This document shows positions 51,701-64,000 of a stretch of 64,000 nucleotides of DNA, piece after piece. Within the stretch, counting starts at the first letter, position 1. The number at the start of each line of letters is the position of its first letter. The stretch covers positions 62,001 through 126,000 of the forward strand of contig DF237128.1 in assembly GCA_000708835.1 (NCBI GenBank), in the 5' to 3' direction. A program made the translations under genes and the position numbers. The notes under the pieces were generated by a model that did not search any database, had not been told where the DNA came from, and saw nothing but the letters and a program-made list of their open reading frames with translations. The stretch comes from Klebsormidium nitens (Eukaryota > Plantae > Klebsormidiophyceae).

Positions 51701-54700
51701 CCCTACCAAGGCTTTCCGTCCAACTCGCACCACGCTTCTCCAGTCAGCTCTCCGCTCCTGCACCCTTCTCTTTACGGCCAAGATCACCGCGCAGACCAGC
51801 CCAGCGTGACTGGGCTGCCGGACTTGAACATCCCTCTCAGTTTCCCCGACGAGGAGACCGCGCGGGGGCTGCGGGAGACCGTGAAGGGCGCGGCGCAGGA
51901 CGCCCGGAAGCGGGGCATCGGCAGGAAGGTGCGCGTGCCCACCGTGTTCTGGGCGCTTCCTCTGAAGCGGCCCGAGAAGCTGCGCACGCTGCGCCACGCG
52001 GTGCGGCTGCCAGAGGACCACCCGCTGCTGCGGCAGGTGAGGAATGTCTAGGTAACGTTGAAAATGCTTTTTGGTGACTTGCTTTTCTTGCTACCGTCTG
52101 GGGACAGGGCAAAAACTCTTGTTCTGTTGGGTATGCTTACGACTTACTGTCGCGTAGTGCTAGAATGCGTTCTTCTGGGCAAAGTAGGGTTGCTCGATCC
52201 GCATCAACCAAAAGCTTGCCCAGAACTGAGAAGGCGGTCTGTAACGGCTGCATATTGGGCACGTGCCTGTGCGACCCGAACTTCAAACCCAGATTGCTAC
52301 TACAAGGTTTCGCTCTTGTATTGTGCAAACTGATCTCGTTTGGTTGATGTGCAGATTGGTTAAGGTCGATTGGTCGGTTGGTCCAAGCGTCATTTCTCGA
52401 TACCCAATCATACAAGCGGTCTGCATTGTCTTAAAATCTTGGGCGAAGAGAGACTTCCGTTTCTCGTCCTCCTTAGTCCTTCTAAGCCTGCTAATTCAAG
52501 TTGGAGGAAGATCGACTTCTGAAACTAGCAGGACCTCCCCAAAAGCATGACTCGAGAGGACAACTTGATTTCTTGCAGTTTGTAGATGAATCGAAGTCGT
52601 CAATCCGCAACGTGGTACCCTTGCAGTTTCAGCAACGGGAGGCAGACGACCCGTGCCCCTATTTCGCGGTCCTGTGGCCCGCCAGTCTCGACCCTGCATT
52701 CCCTACGTTGTTGCCCGACCTCAACGAGATTCCACTAGAGTCCAGTGAAGCGGCCTCCGGCGACAGACAAACAGCCGGAGCCACGAAGGAGGTCCCCGAG
52801 CCTGTGTACCTGCAGGGCGGCCACCCAGCAGCAGACCTTGTTGTCTCGGACGTCAGCACGGTGCACGCGTTTCGGGAAGACGAAAGTCGGGGGGCAGATG
52901 TCTTTGAAACGCAGAGGCGACGCCAACTTGGCGCCACTCGGAGCTCGCTAGGGGTCGACACAGTGGCCTTGGCAGAACCTGCTGCTCCTTCACTACTCTG
53001 TCAAGAAAAGGAAGCCGGAGCCGGTCCTCTCAGTGCGGCCTTTTCGACCCGGCCTCCCACCGAGCTGTCGTTCAGAGAGCCCACGGCTGTCGATTCCAAG
53101 CCCAGCATTCCCGTTACCCCTCCTGCGGAAGTCCCGAGCGAGATGACGTGTCACCATCTCATTGACACGGTACCAGAGGGGCGATGTGAGAGTTCAGGAG
53201 CAGCCCAGGTAGCTAGCGATGCCTTAGCGCTTACGGTACAGTCCGGGGTTGTAAGACGACCTCGGAGCGTGCGCGTGCGGTCAGGCCAGGGGGGCGGCTG
53301 GCGCAGCAACCTGAAGCCAGAGCCTTCTGGCACATGCCTTTTTCAAAGCGAGCCCCTTTTTTTGCCGCGAGAGATGAAGCAAGAAGCTGAGGAGACGCAA
53401 CTGGTGATCCAGACCCGCGGCGAGAAGAGGAGGTTGGCGGCGGCGACCACGGACGGGGACAAGTTGGCCCCAGACGGTGTGGTCAGGCTGGAGCGCATTC
53501 TGCTGGGGTCGCCCCGTAAGAGGCGGACCAGGGTTGCGTTTACGGAACCGGGGGTTGCAAGGCCGGACGCGAAAGAGAACGAGAGCGGGGGGTTCATTGA
53601 GCGTCACGGAAGCGGGGCGGAACGGGAAGACAAACGGAAGGAACGAGCAGTTGTGGGGCAATCAGGGCGCCCGGCGGCATGCACGGTAAAGCAGGAGAGT
53701 AACGCGTCGGAGGTAGCCGATGAGGGGCGACACCGTGGGCCGGGAGAACGGAGCGAGAGGGATCAGCCGGCGGGCTGGCTGGTGCCGTTTAACAGGAGGT
53801 CGAGGGAGAGGACCCGGGCGATTTGCAAGTCGGGGGCCGCTGGAGACAAAGCTGCCAGTGGCGGTGCAGCGGGGGAGTGTGAGCACGGGGCGAAGAGGTT
53901 CCGAGCAGAGGTGCTTAATCTGTGGGAAGAACGGGGAGACGTTGCGACGGGAGACCACAAAACTGCTGGCCCCTGCGACGCGATAGACGCGAAGGGAAGC
54001 AAGGCAGCCAGGCAGCCCCCCTCCTTTGTGCCCGACTGCGAAGTCCGAGCCCTGGGTACTAGCGCTTGCCCAGCTGACGTTTCCGCAGCGGTGATCACCT
54101 ACCGTGCCACGTGTCCCTCAGAGCAACCAATTGCTCAACTCGTCTCCACCCCTCCCCTTGACGGCACCTCCACTCCCGATGCCGCAGAGTGCGGCTTGGC
54201 AGCCCTTGACTGTCCCCCGCACGAAGGGGCGGCCTCAGCAACGGTCAAAGGTTTTCCGGATGCAACGGCACTTTACTCCGCGTCTCGACCTGCAATATCT
54301 CCAGAGACGCCCTCCCTGTCCCGAGCAGCCAACAGCCCGCATCCCGCGGATGAAGCTTGCACCATCATGACCCCGGTCGCCTCCCAAGGGATCCCTCCTG
54401 ACGTTCCTCCCCCTGCTGCCGACCTCATGCCGCCGTCGCCTCCGGTCAGCTGGCCGGCCACCCCGGAGAAGGTGCGGCCGGACAGGCCGCAAATGTCGCC
54501 GTCGCCTCCGACAGCGGGGACGGCAGCCCGTTCGGTTGATGGGCTTCAGGCAGTCCAGGACAGGACCCCGGGGGAGAGCACCGGGGAGAAAGCGCCGCCC
54601 GAGATGTCCGCGGCAAGCCCGTGCACGTGCAGCACGTGCTGCTGCAACGAGGGAGGCACGGTCTTCGTCACACTGCTGGTAAGCGTTTGGCAGGATCTCA

Positions 54701-55804
54701 CATGAGCTGTCGGATGTGCTGGTCGCATCAAACTGCTTCAGATGCTCCCTGGAGTGTCACAGCACAGCGGAGACTCTTCTTTCGTCCATCTGCGGAATGA
54801 CAAGACGCCAATCAATTTGATTCGAGAACCTGAGGCTAGTTTAGGCTATGCAGTCCGCTAAAAAGAACCTGAGGGCTGCGCATTTGACGCCATTTTGCGC
54901 CACTCATCAGCCTCCTTGATAGTCAGTGCTACCAAAAGGTCGCAATCCGCAAGCGACCTCCCCTTTGGCGCAGGTGCCGTGCCGCACGGCCATGTCCGGG
55001 CGCTTCCCCCTCAACGGCACCTACTTCCAGACTAACGAGCTCTTTGCGGACCACGCCACGTCGCAGCGCCCCCTCGCTGCGCCCGCGGCCGACTTTGCGG
55101 GCCTGCCGCGCAGTACGGTCCTGTTCGGGACAGGCGCCACCAACATGTTCAAGGCGGCCTCGCTGGAGGCCGTCAGAGAGGTCTTCCAGCACGGTGAGCG
55201 GAACCCTCGACTAGAATGGCGGCTGTTTCCCGTTCGCTTTGCTTCTGAATCTCTTCGGTTCCACAATCCGCTTAACCATGAGCGAAAATTGCTTCGTCGT
55301 TGCTGGTGTGCCTATGCCAAGTTGCATTAACGATTGACCGGTGCTTCGAGCGGTCCCTGGATAATGCGAGTTCCCGGGTAATCAGGCTCCCTTATTTTCG
55401 CTGCACACAGAAATAGATGAGCCGCTTCGAAGTATCCCTAATACGTGAGTGACTGCGAAGCACAAATCGGCCCCCATCAGTTGCATCATGGTACGCGGTA
55501 CCATGATGCAGGAGGAGTGGCGCTGCCTTGAAGTCGTCATGTCTACCGTTGAAAGCGTATACTTGACGAATGGATCGCTGGGGTCAGCAAAAGAGAACTA
55601 AATAAAGACGTCTGTTGTACCTTCTCAAAGCTGGCAAACACTTGTGAGGTGTATTGTTGGAAACGACATGAAGACCAGTGACGGGCACTAACACCCTTCG
55701 CAATTGCAGGATACATTTGTGTGCGGGGCTTTGACGTCAAGAGACGCACGCCCAAGCCTCTGTCGACCAGATTGCACGCCGGCACAAGTGTCAAGAAGAA
55801 ATGA
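45746..55804 (+). CDS. DML: DEMETER/ROS1-like 5-methylcytosine DNA glycosylase/lyase; exons 45746-46211, 46492-46582, 47035-47673, 48000-48171, 48586-48677, 49075-49180, 49345-49430, 49788-52036 (spans gap), 52627-54678, 54974-55193, 55710-55804
   Basis: Domain A (GDRKFSEWKGSVVDSIVGTFLTQNVSDHLSSSAYM), HhH GLGIKSTEC with catalytic Lys, FPVDTNVGR with catalytic Asp, 4Fe-4S motif CTKRQPNCLACPMRDEC, EADDPCPY, RRM_DME PCRTAMSGRFPLNGTYFQTNELFADH and GYICVRGFD. The 5' end may extend upstream. Confidence 0.96.
50120..50610. other. Assembly gap (491 N) inside the DML coding exon
   Basis: Run of N; reading frame is open on both sides. Confidence 0.99.
55482..55510. repeat. Perfect 13-bp hairpin with 3-nt loop in the last DML intron
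   Basis: tgcatcatggtac-gcg-gtaccatgatgca. Confidence 0.9.
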
Positions 55805-57305
55805 AATGAGCGAGTGTATTATAGAAGAGTCGTTTCCGACTCTGTGATTAAATGGTCTATTTGTTCAGGGCTCCTCAACCCATCGAAAGACTGCACATTA
55901 AGGTTAGGAATGTGCACGGTAGTGTACTGTAGCATACGGGCTGGTTTTGACACCACCTTCGAGAAGACAGTAGGTCTGTACAGTGTGTGTTACATAAGCC
56001 TTGAAGCAGATGAAACCGTAGAACAGTCAAGGACGTGGACTCGTCGGTAGGTGCATCGACATTTTAACGGAGTTAGTCAACAGACGAAGTATCAATAGCA
56101 CGGGCCAATCATGATAGCACGAAAAGTTGGGCACACACAACAGCTGTAAGGACCAAGACCACTTCCATGTCGAGTAGATTTTCATCTGGGGTACTTAGCT
56201 CCTCAGGTAGCAGTATAAGTTAGAGATTCGTGGATGCTGCAATAGGTACGAGGATACGGAGACAAGTACGGTGCATCATTGTGCGACAGACTCAAGCTAG
56301 CTAGAGCGTTTGTACGTCTGCATTGTCGGGATCACAGATGATATGATATGCCGTATGAGTGACATGTAATTACGTATATGTTTTTCACTTTCACCGTCCA
56401 ATCAAGGCACTTCGACTGTGCACCGACATGATATCGCACCGAGTGACCCATGACCACATTCTCAGAATTACAACTCTTGACTCGTTCAGAACATATATGA
56501 CGAATGGAGCGGGCGGCCACCCGGGGTGAGCTTCCGAGGTTGGGGGCGCCCCTGCAAAAGTAGCTAGGACCATAATAATCGCAATGCATGGTGAATATTG
56601 CACGCAGGCTGTGTACTAAAAGAAACTCATAAAAGACCTGAGAGAAAACTAAATTGAACAGGGCGCTGCTACGTGTCATGCCGTACGTGCAAGCACAGGA
56701 GAATGCTGCACGTACTTGAACCGCGATAATTCTCGATATCAAGATGCATACGTTACGATCAACGCAATGATCATTATCATCAGAGATCAACATTGAAAGT
56801 TAAGTTGGATCGACCCTTGATTCCTAGCGCAGAATTAGTTAGGGCCGCAGCTGCGCGGCGCGGCGGCACTGGATTTTAACTTTTGCATTGGCATGATGCA
56901 CAAATTGCTGAATATAGCGGCCGCCGGGCCGCATATTGCCCTGCATAATTCGACATATGGGCCAGACTCGGCTCAGATTCCAATATACAACATGATTGAG
57001 CGTCCATATGTGCCCATCATTCCGCCTCATTGCCAATCACATGGACCGTCGGAATCATAAGTGAGCCGGCGCGTCGCTGGATGGAAGTGCTATCCAAAGA
57101 TGAGCAGTATATAAAATTAACCAGCATTGTCGGTGCCTCTCTTTCTAGCTGACGTCCTCAAATTTGATCGTCTCTTTCGACTCATGTACGAGTCAGACTG
57201 CCCGCAATCGCGTAGATAATACGTAAGAAAGTCCTGGGCGCAGCGCTTGTGCCCATGATTCATGTTCCACAACAGGGGAAAGTCCTGGCATTGCATGCCT
57301 CGAAG

Positions 57306-59464
57306 CTAGATAAACCTGAGCTCGGTCTCGGGGTTTGCCAAGAACCTCGCCTTGTGAACCTCCCAAAGGTCCAGGAGAGCCTTCTTGTACTGACTGTGAA
57401 CCGAGTCGACCAGCAGCTTGCCTTCTTTTGACTCTATATCGCCCTCGAACTTCTGTACATGGAGTGGTGCCCCTACCACTATGTTCATGGGCACCGCATA
57501 TGGTTGCATTTTTACAAAGGGCATGAAAAAGATGCCTCTTCCCTTGAAGTCGGGGAGTGTAACGCCCCAAACGGTGAGAAAGTACCTGATAAGGGCAGAA
57601 ACGGTTCCGTAAGCAAAAGCAACAATCATGGTTCGGAATAAAGTCGACGAAGCAGAGAAAGGAGACATTGGCGTGTCTCCTCCAGTGGTGCAAAGATCCA
57701 ACATTCAAGTAGGGTGAATGTTGTAGCTGCCTCTCATACCTTCCTGTCTCTTTTTGAGCAGGTGACTTTATCAAGTCCTCCTAAATTGTAAGGTTCCAAG
57801 TCTAAAAGATCGTAGTGTCTCGGTCCTGATATATCTTGGGAGGATCCACTGGCCACCAAAGCGCTAAACTTTCAAAGCCGTTCCATCAGAGTGCACAGAT
57901 TGGCACGATCACTTGGACGAGATTCGGAAGGGATTCCACGCGCAGAAGCCATGCTTCAGACAGTACCCTGAAGTGACCCTGAACAATGCCACTTTGATGA
58001 GGGTATGCCCACCTTTGTATTCGTCCCCATACAGATGCTGGGTCGGTAAGGACTGTGTCATACACGTCGTTCTCTCCAAAACTAATGACTGGAACCAGGC
58101 TTGCCCCGGTCTCAAGCGCCACCTTGACGAAGCCTTTCCGTCGTTCGAGCACGAGGTTCACGGTCCCAGGCTTGGCATACAGACTTTCGCGGGCACCTCC
58201 CACTGTCAGGACAATGGACTGGCCCCTGCAGTTGGTCAAAGTTAGAAGCTGTAAATGGATACTTATCATGAACAGTAAGAGTCATGGACATCAACGAGAT
58301 TGTTCATTGGTGTCACCCTGTTGTCATAAGATGGAAGCCATATATGTCTTTGAAAACTAGACAAACAGCTCAGCTGAGGATACACAAGATAGTCGGCTTT
58401 TCCAGAACGACGTCCGAGCAGCTCATTTACCCACTGCTCGTAAATGCTGAATGGCTTTCTCGAAGAATGCTTGAAACTAGAAAGGACATTACCTTGCAAG
58501 GAGACCGACGCATGTTTCTTTAGCCGAGTCGCAGACGCCATGCAGGAGGAGGAACTCCCGCAAGAAGGGTGTCCGGAAGTGCGGCGTGAGCGTGAGAAAG
58601 TGAGGGTTAACTCCTGGATACAACTGAGGAAAGGAAGTTGCATCTGTGGCGAAACCGAGCCAGGCACCCTGGGCAAGGATGCCGTGGGGGTGGACGGCAA
58701 AGAGGTAGGGCCGGCTCGGGTCCAAATCTGCTGTTCGTATCATCTGGGCAGGAAAGTAATCTCTCATCCACTTCCACACACTCAGCCTGCAAGGAAATGG
58801 AAAGACCAATTTGGGGTTGAGCACCACCATCTTGCTGTGAACAAACACAGCCTCTCTTTGACTCCTCCGGGGGCAAGTGGGCAGCATTCTTCATTGCGAC
58901 AATCCACCACCTTGTGATCAGCTGGCAACATGGTAGACTCACACTTCTTGCGCAGGAACAGCTTATGAGAAGAGGAAATCTTGCAAACCTTCTTGTAGCA
59001 TCAGCATTGCCCAGCTTGGGTGCAGTGGTAAATTGCTCAGCGACATGAGCGGTTGCCCTCACCTCTTCAGTGGGGCAGGCCATGATCCAGAAGATGCTGC
59101 CTTCCTTCCAAACAGATAGATGTGGAGAAGATAACTGCACGACCAAATTCGCTGAGTGATCCCTCTGCATGCAAGGGCTCACATTGCTGAGAAAAGACTG
59201 CCCTCAAAATCAAAGCTCACCAGAGAAGACCATACCACTTTTGCCTTACTTACATAGAGCACAAGTTTCCATGATGCAACATGCACCCGAAAGCAAAGTA
59301 AATCTTCAAATCACTTACATCATCATAAAGAACCGGGTGTATCTGTGCAAGAGCAGAGCTGCCGCCAGTATGTAGCACCAAATTCCCCCAGCAAAGAATA
59401 TGAGGTAGAAGCAAACTCCCCATTGCTCCAACAGGCCTGCTGCCCTTTCATTGGTCCGTTTCAT
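57306..59464 (-). CDS. DGAT2: Diacylglycerol acyltransferase type 2 (DGAT2/MOGAT family); exons 59464-59319, 59134-59063, 58786-58493, 58225-58013, 57585-57306
   Basis: 1005-nt in-phase [49 protein letters not shown] motifs. N-terminal TM. Confidence 0.94.
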
Positions 59465-59816
59465 CTCCTTTGAATGTTTGACAGAACTAGGGCTTAGGGT
59501 GTTCAAATTAGCGACAATAGCATATTAAGTACGAAGAATTTTGTGGAGCTGAGAGGACGCAATTTGCTGATCACTTGCCACCTAAAGTGTTGTAGTGCGT
59601 CCTACGGTGACCTCCTACCTAGGTCCTTTTGTCGCTGAAACAAGCCTGTTGCGAGCACTAGCACGGCCATGCATGGCTGGCCGATCGAGCTGGGTACCGT
59701 AGTTTCTAGAGCCAGCGCTAGCTGCGCGGGCATCGCGCGCCGCGCCTTTCCGCTCTTCCATATCCAAACCCCACAAGGGTTCGGTCGCGCGCGCAGAATT
59801 TAAACATGATCGAGCC

Positions 59817-59882
59817 GTCCGTTGAGTTAGATTGACCGCTCTCCGTTGAGCCAAAACGGCAGCGCCGATTTCAAGTTTTGAA
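59817..59882. promoter_or_regulatory. MSA-like (AACGG) triplet plus CHR-like TTTGAA upstream of TPX2
   Basis: CTCAACGG on the minus strand twice (CCGTTG at 59819-59824 and 59843-59848), AACGG on the plus strand at 59855-59859, TTTGAA at 59877-59882. About 280 bp upstream of the TPX2 ATG. Confidence 0.6.
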
Positions 59883-60159
59883 ACGATGCATTTGCGAAGA
59901 AGGGAAGGGAGGGAGAAGGCGCGCTCCAGCCGGACAATTGGTTGGCAGTGGTGCGAGCAGGGCGATAGAAGACGTTCATACTCGCATGCCGTGTTCTCTG
60001 ACCAACTGCACTAGGGGTAATTCTAGGATCTAGGATCTAGGGCTGGGCTTGTGGATTTTTAATGTGTTGAGAGATAAAGAGGAGGCAGGAGGCACGTTTT
60101 GGACCTTAACAAGCAGGCATCGGAGTGCCAAGCGGCCCTTGCTGATTGCAGCTTGCTAG

Positions 60160-63100
60160 ATGATGGCAGGGACAGAAGCATCCACCATGGACATATTCCA
60201 GGAAGACATTGTCCAAGATGGGGGCATAGATCCTGCATATGAATTCTGTGCACCAAAGTTTTTTGATTTCAGCAAGCCAGACGGTGACTTGGACCAGGAA
60301 GCGATGCAAGTAGACACATGGTTTGATATGAAAACGGTGCCAGATGAGATATCACGTAAGTTCTCTCTCTGTCTGTCAGCACATGTTTGGCACATTGCCG
60401 CGATCAATGGCGTCTGATCGCTGAGATGCACGATGTTTGCTAAGGAGAGGTGGTAGACCAAAGTGAATCCATCATCATCATCTGAAGAACAAAATCTTTT
60501 GCCTTTGCAGCACAAGTTGCCGCCAAGAGGTCAAAGCAGATGCACACAGGAAGCACAAAGGTGAGGATATGCTCATAATGTCCTGGGAGGTGGATAAATG
60601 ATAGAGTGTAAGTTTCACAGCGGATGGTTAAGTTGCTATTATATCCTGTGTTAATTTGTTGTCTTCAAGGAAGCTGTTGTGGAGTCTTTTGATTACTGAA
60701 GTACAGCGTGTCTCATGCAGCCCCTGACAAGGAGTGCAATGAAGATGAAAGCTGCAAAGACTCCAGCCAAAACTCCCCTGCAGGACAGGTAAACATATGG
60801 GTTCTTGCTGTGTAAGGGGAGATTTCATGCAGTGAAGTCTGCTTCTTGGAGGTGGACCACTGTGGTCGATCAGAATGTTTGAAGGGCCTCTGAGCAGCTT
60901 TTGATGCTTCCAGGTGTTTCATGTCTATTTCAGGCGCGCTGTCAGCCACAGCATGATGCTGAACACAAGGACAATTGCTTCGTTTGCAGGACCAATATGC
61001 AGGTCGCTCATCCGCTCTCATCCCCTGCCTATGGCAAGTCAGCAGCAAAGGCAGCCCTTTCTCAGCAGATCATGGTAGAAGAGTCAGCAGGACACACACT
61101 TCTTCAAGGCTCCGATAAGAAGACACCCGGTAGGAAGGAGGTTCTGGAAGCTTTGGCAGCTGAGCACAGACCCATAACTCGATCACTGGTGAAAGCAGGC
61201 AGAGACACAGACATGCTGGAAGCGACCATCGAGGAGGCCCAGAAGGCGCTGCTAACCCCGGAAATGTTGCCTGCAAAGCGTCTATACTCAGAGCTGCAGT
61301 GGAGCGAGCAGGCAGACAAGCAAGACACCCTAGTCACCGCTGTAAATCCCGAAAGGTAAGCTTTGTGCTCTTCCAATGCTCATACGGAAGCTGCTTGAAT
61401 TGCATAAGCAGCCCAACAGACCTTCAGGGCTCAGCGTTCCTGCCTTCAGCCAGGTGAGGAATGCAGAAACTCACCAGGGATGTATGAGTTCAAAAGGTTC
61501 AGGCCAGGATGAGTCTCCGCTATTTGGATGCAACAAGAGATCCAGTACTTAGGGCCCCCACTGTCCTCACAACATCCATATTGTGACACAGGCAAGGAGA
61601 GCCTTCTACGTCGGGTACCAGAGCTTTGACGGGAGCTGCATCCCGGGTCAACGAGGATCAGGAGAGGGCAAGGAAGAAGAGGAAGGTATCCAAAGACCGA
61701 CTTGAAGAGGTAGACCCTTCTCCCACAATCCGCTTCCGTCTCTTTATTGCTAGACCACAGGCCCATTGAGTTTTGTTTATCACTGACACTGAGACACGCA
61801 TTGGAGTAAAAGTATCCACAACTCTCTTCCACATATAAATTTGAGAGAACCAATAAACTAGTGCCGAAGTAGGTCTCCCCCCTCCAGTGAAACGAGTAAT
61901 CGGCTTGATTGCAAGAGCAGAGGCAAACAACCAGGAGTTGCGCTGGCCCTACTGAGGGGCACTGCCGATATTGCTGCCTGGGAAGCCATGTATTAGTTGC
62001 GCATAATGAGCATGCTGGCGCCACCTGAGAGATGAAAATATCAAACTCTTTCTTGGCAGATCCTTGGCTCGCGGGGGCCTGTCCTTCCACCCAGGTCTGC
62101 TGCACCTCTCACCATCCCGCATGAAGTCCACTTTGCCACCGAAGACAGAGCCCATCTCCGTGGTGAAAGCCCAATGGAGTTGCGGAATGGCAAGTTCGTG
62201 TCGCTGGCCGAAAGTGTCCAGAAGTTCCAGAGCAAGACGCCCACGCGGTTCCACTCCAAGCCCCGCAACCAGGTGAGCTTTCAGCCCAATGTAACTCACC
62301 GCCTTCGTGGCTGGATTCGCAGATGGATAACTTAAGTAATGTTAGCGGAGCATATCTTGGGTTCTCTTGGGGACTGTTTCCAATCAAGAGGATGAGCTCT
62401 GGACGATCTGATTTCAAACGCCAACTGTTTGCAGGACCGCCCTCAACCTGGGGCCAAAGTCGATCTTCCCCTGACCCGCCCAGTAGAGCCCCAGTTCTTG
62501 ACTGCAACCAGGGTCCGGATGACAAGGTAGGGCTCTCCTCAAAGAAAATGCAGCAGACGTTTCGAGGCAGTCCCGTCAGGGGTGGCCCGTTTCTTGTTCA
62601 AATTCTTCCGGGATAGACCGAGCAGGTCTTGGAGATGAATTCACCAAGGTGAGGGCCTCGGCTTAGGTGTTGCATTCTGACATGCCGATTGGATTGATCA
62701 GTAGCATTTATTCCTGGTTGCAGGATCAAAAGCTCAGCCGAGATTGAGGAGGAGGAGCTGGCAGCCATGCCCAAGTTCAAAGCCCGACCTTACAGCGACA
62801 AGGTAAGCTTGAATGAGCCGGAGGCATTACTTTCGCTTTGGAAGACGGAAACTATATGCATAGAGCCCAATGACTGTATGTACGAGATACTGATAACATC
62901 CTCTTCTCCTCAAAGGCACATCAAGTTTGCTTCAAAGAACAGCTCTTGTCGTCACCTCGCAGGTACGGCGTGGTGAGAACCTGAGCATTGCCAAGCCGGC
63001 CCAACTTCACGTCACCCAGCCAGAGGAGTTCCACCTCCTTACTGACGAACGTGCCAAGCTGCGCTCGCCCGCCGTCCCAACAGAAGATGTGCGAGTCACC

Positions 63101-64000
63101 CGAGCCATGGTAAGTTTTGCGATGCACTGATCCACCCAGACTGAATCCTGGTTATTGACAGATCTTCTGTCTCCGCTACACTCCTGACCGGGCAGAACAC
63201 ATATGTTTGTGCACGTGTGCATTTTAGCAACCAGAATAGACGACAAATTGCACTCAAGTGGTCTCGTCTCTGCAGGTGGTCCAGAAGGAGGCATCTCAAG
63301 GCAAGTTCGACCCGCTTCGGCTTACCGTGCCAAAGTCGCCCCAGCTGACGACGGCGTACAGGGCTCGACCAGCAAGGTAGGGGCGGCCTTCTGAAAAATA
63401 AATTCTGGGTCAACCGCTTAACAATTACTGCACTTCACGTCACTCTTCAACAATCTTGCCCCTAACTCAAAAGCATGGGGTACTCATGACTGTGCCTCCA
63501 AGCCTTTCGATTGGAATCTGGCGCCTCAGTCAAAGTGCTGACCCAGCACTTGTCTTTGCAGAGGCACGAGCTCCGAGGAAGCGGAGCTGGAAGAGATTCT
63601 GAAGCACCCCAAGTTCAAGGCACGGCCGCTCGACCGGCGGGTGCTGGACAGCTGTGGCGAGATGGGGGTGCCCAAAGTGGTCCCCGCTCCGACTACCAAG
63701 CCAGAGGTGAGCTACGTACAAACTTGGCGGCGCAGACCAAGCTAAGTACCAGGGCCTTTGAATGGCCGTCAGTGAGAAACTCAGATTGACCTGCGAGGAT
63801 AGCGAGAATGGGTCCGAGCACCCCCTGCGAGTTCCAAGAATGCTTTTGATTTGTCTGGGGCTATGGCGAATTAGGTCGACTCGGTATGCCCTTGAACGAT
63901 GGGAAAAGCTAGACTTATCCTGATTGTGAACGGTGGCAGTCGGAATGTTGCGTCTCAAAGCCTGCTTTTAGTTCCGACTGACTGTGCTTGACGCTCTCGT
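60160..64000 (+). CDS. TPX2: TPX2 spindle assembly factor, multi-exon, 3'-truncated by the window end (last exon seen 63562-63706)
   Basis: Aurora-binding N-terminus IDPAYEFCAPKFFDF...WF (exon 60160-60355). Repeated EELAAMPKFKARP, TQPEEFHLLTDER and LEEILKHPKFKARPLDRRVL motifs. Internal exons not all resolved. Confidence 0.92.

Noticed and set aside
1-64000. CRISPR arrays, rRNA, intact autonomous transposons, U12-type introns
   Set aside because: No regularly spaced repeat-spacer array, rRNA-like sequence or RT/integrase/transposase ORF seen; no RTATCCTT donor at any modelled intron boundary

Overview
Eukaryotic, intron-rich nuclear DNA with one 491-N assembly gap (50120-50610). Gene content (DEMETER/ROS1-like glycosylase, GT14, ERD15-like, plant-type SCAI and TPX2) points to a streptophyte. 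A Klebsormidium-like charophyte alga is my inference, not something the sequence proves. I reconstructed spliced models by hand from GT/AG sites, phase continuity and recalled family motifs; no database was searched. Genes in order: glycosyltransferase-like (+), BUB1 kinase pseudogene (-), O-methyltransferase (+), DnaJ-type Zn-finger protein (-), unknown gene (+), GT14 (-), NDUFS4 (+), SCAI (-), ZCRB1 (+), ERD15-like (-), tentative orphan (-), DEMETER/ROS1-like (+), DGAT2 (-), TPX2 (+, runs off the window). Non-coding signals: a tRNA-derived element, a MITE-like element upstream of the demethylase gene, a GTAC-saturated tract with a G-box cluster upstream of ERD15-like, an MSA/CHR-like cluster upstream of TPX2, several hairpins and short tandem duplications. 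No proven novel system was found. Best leads: a possible TE-linked 'methylstat' at the demethylase gene, the decayed BUB1 copy, and the regulatory motif clusters.
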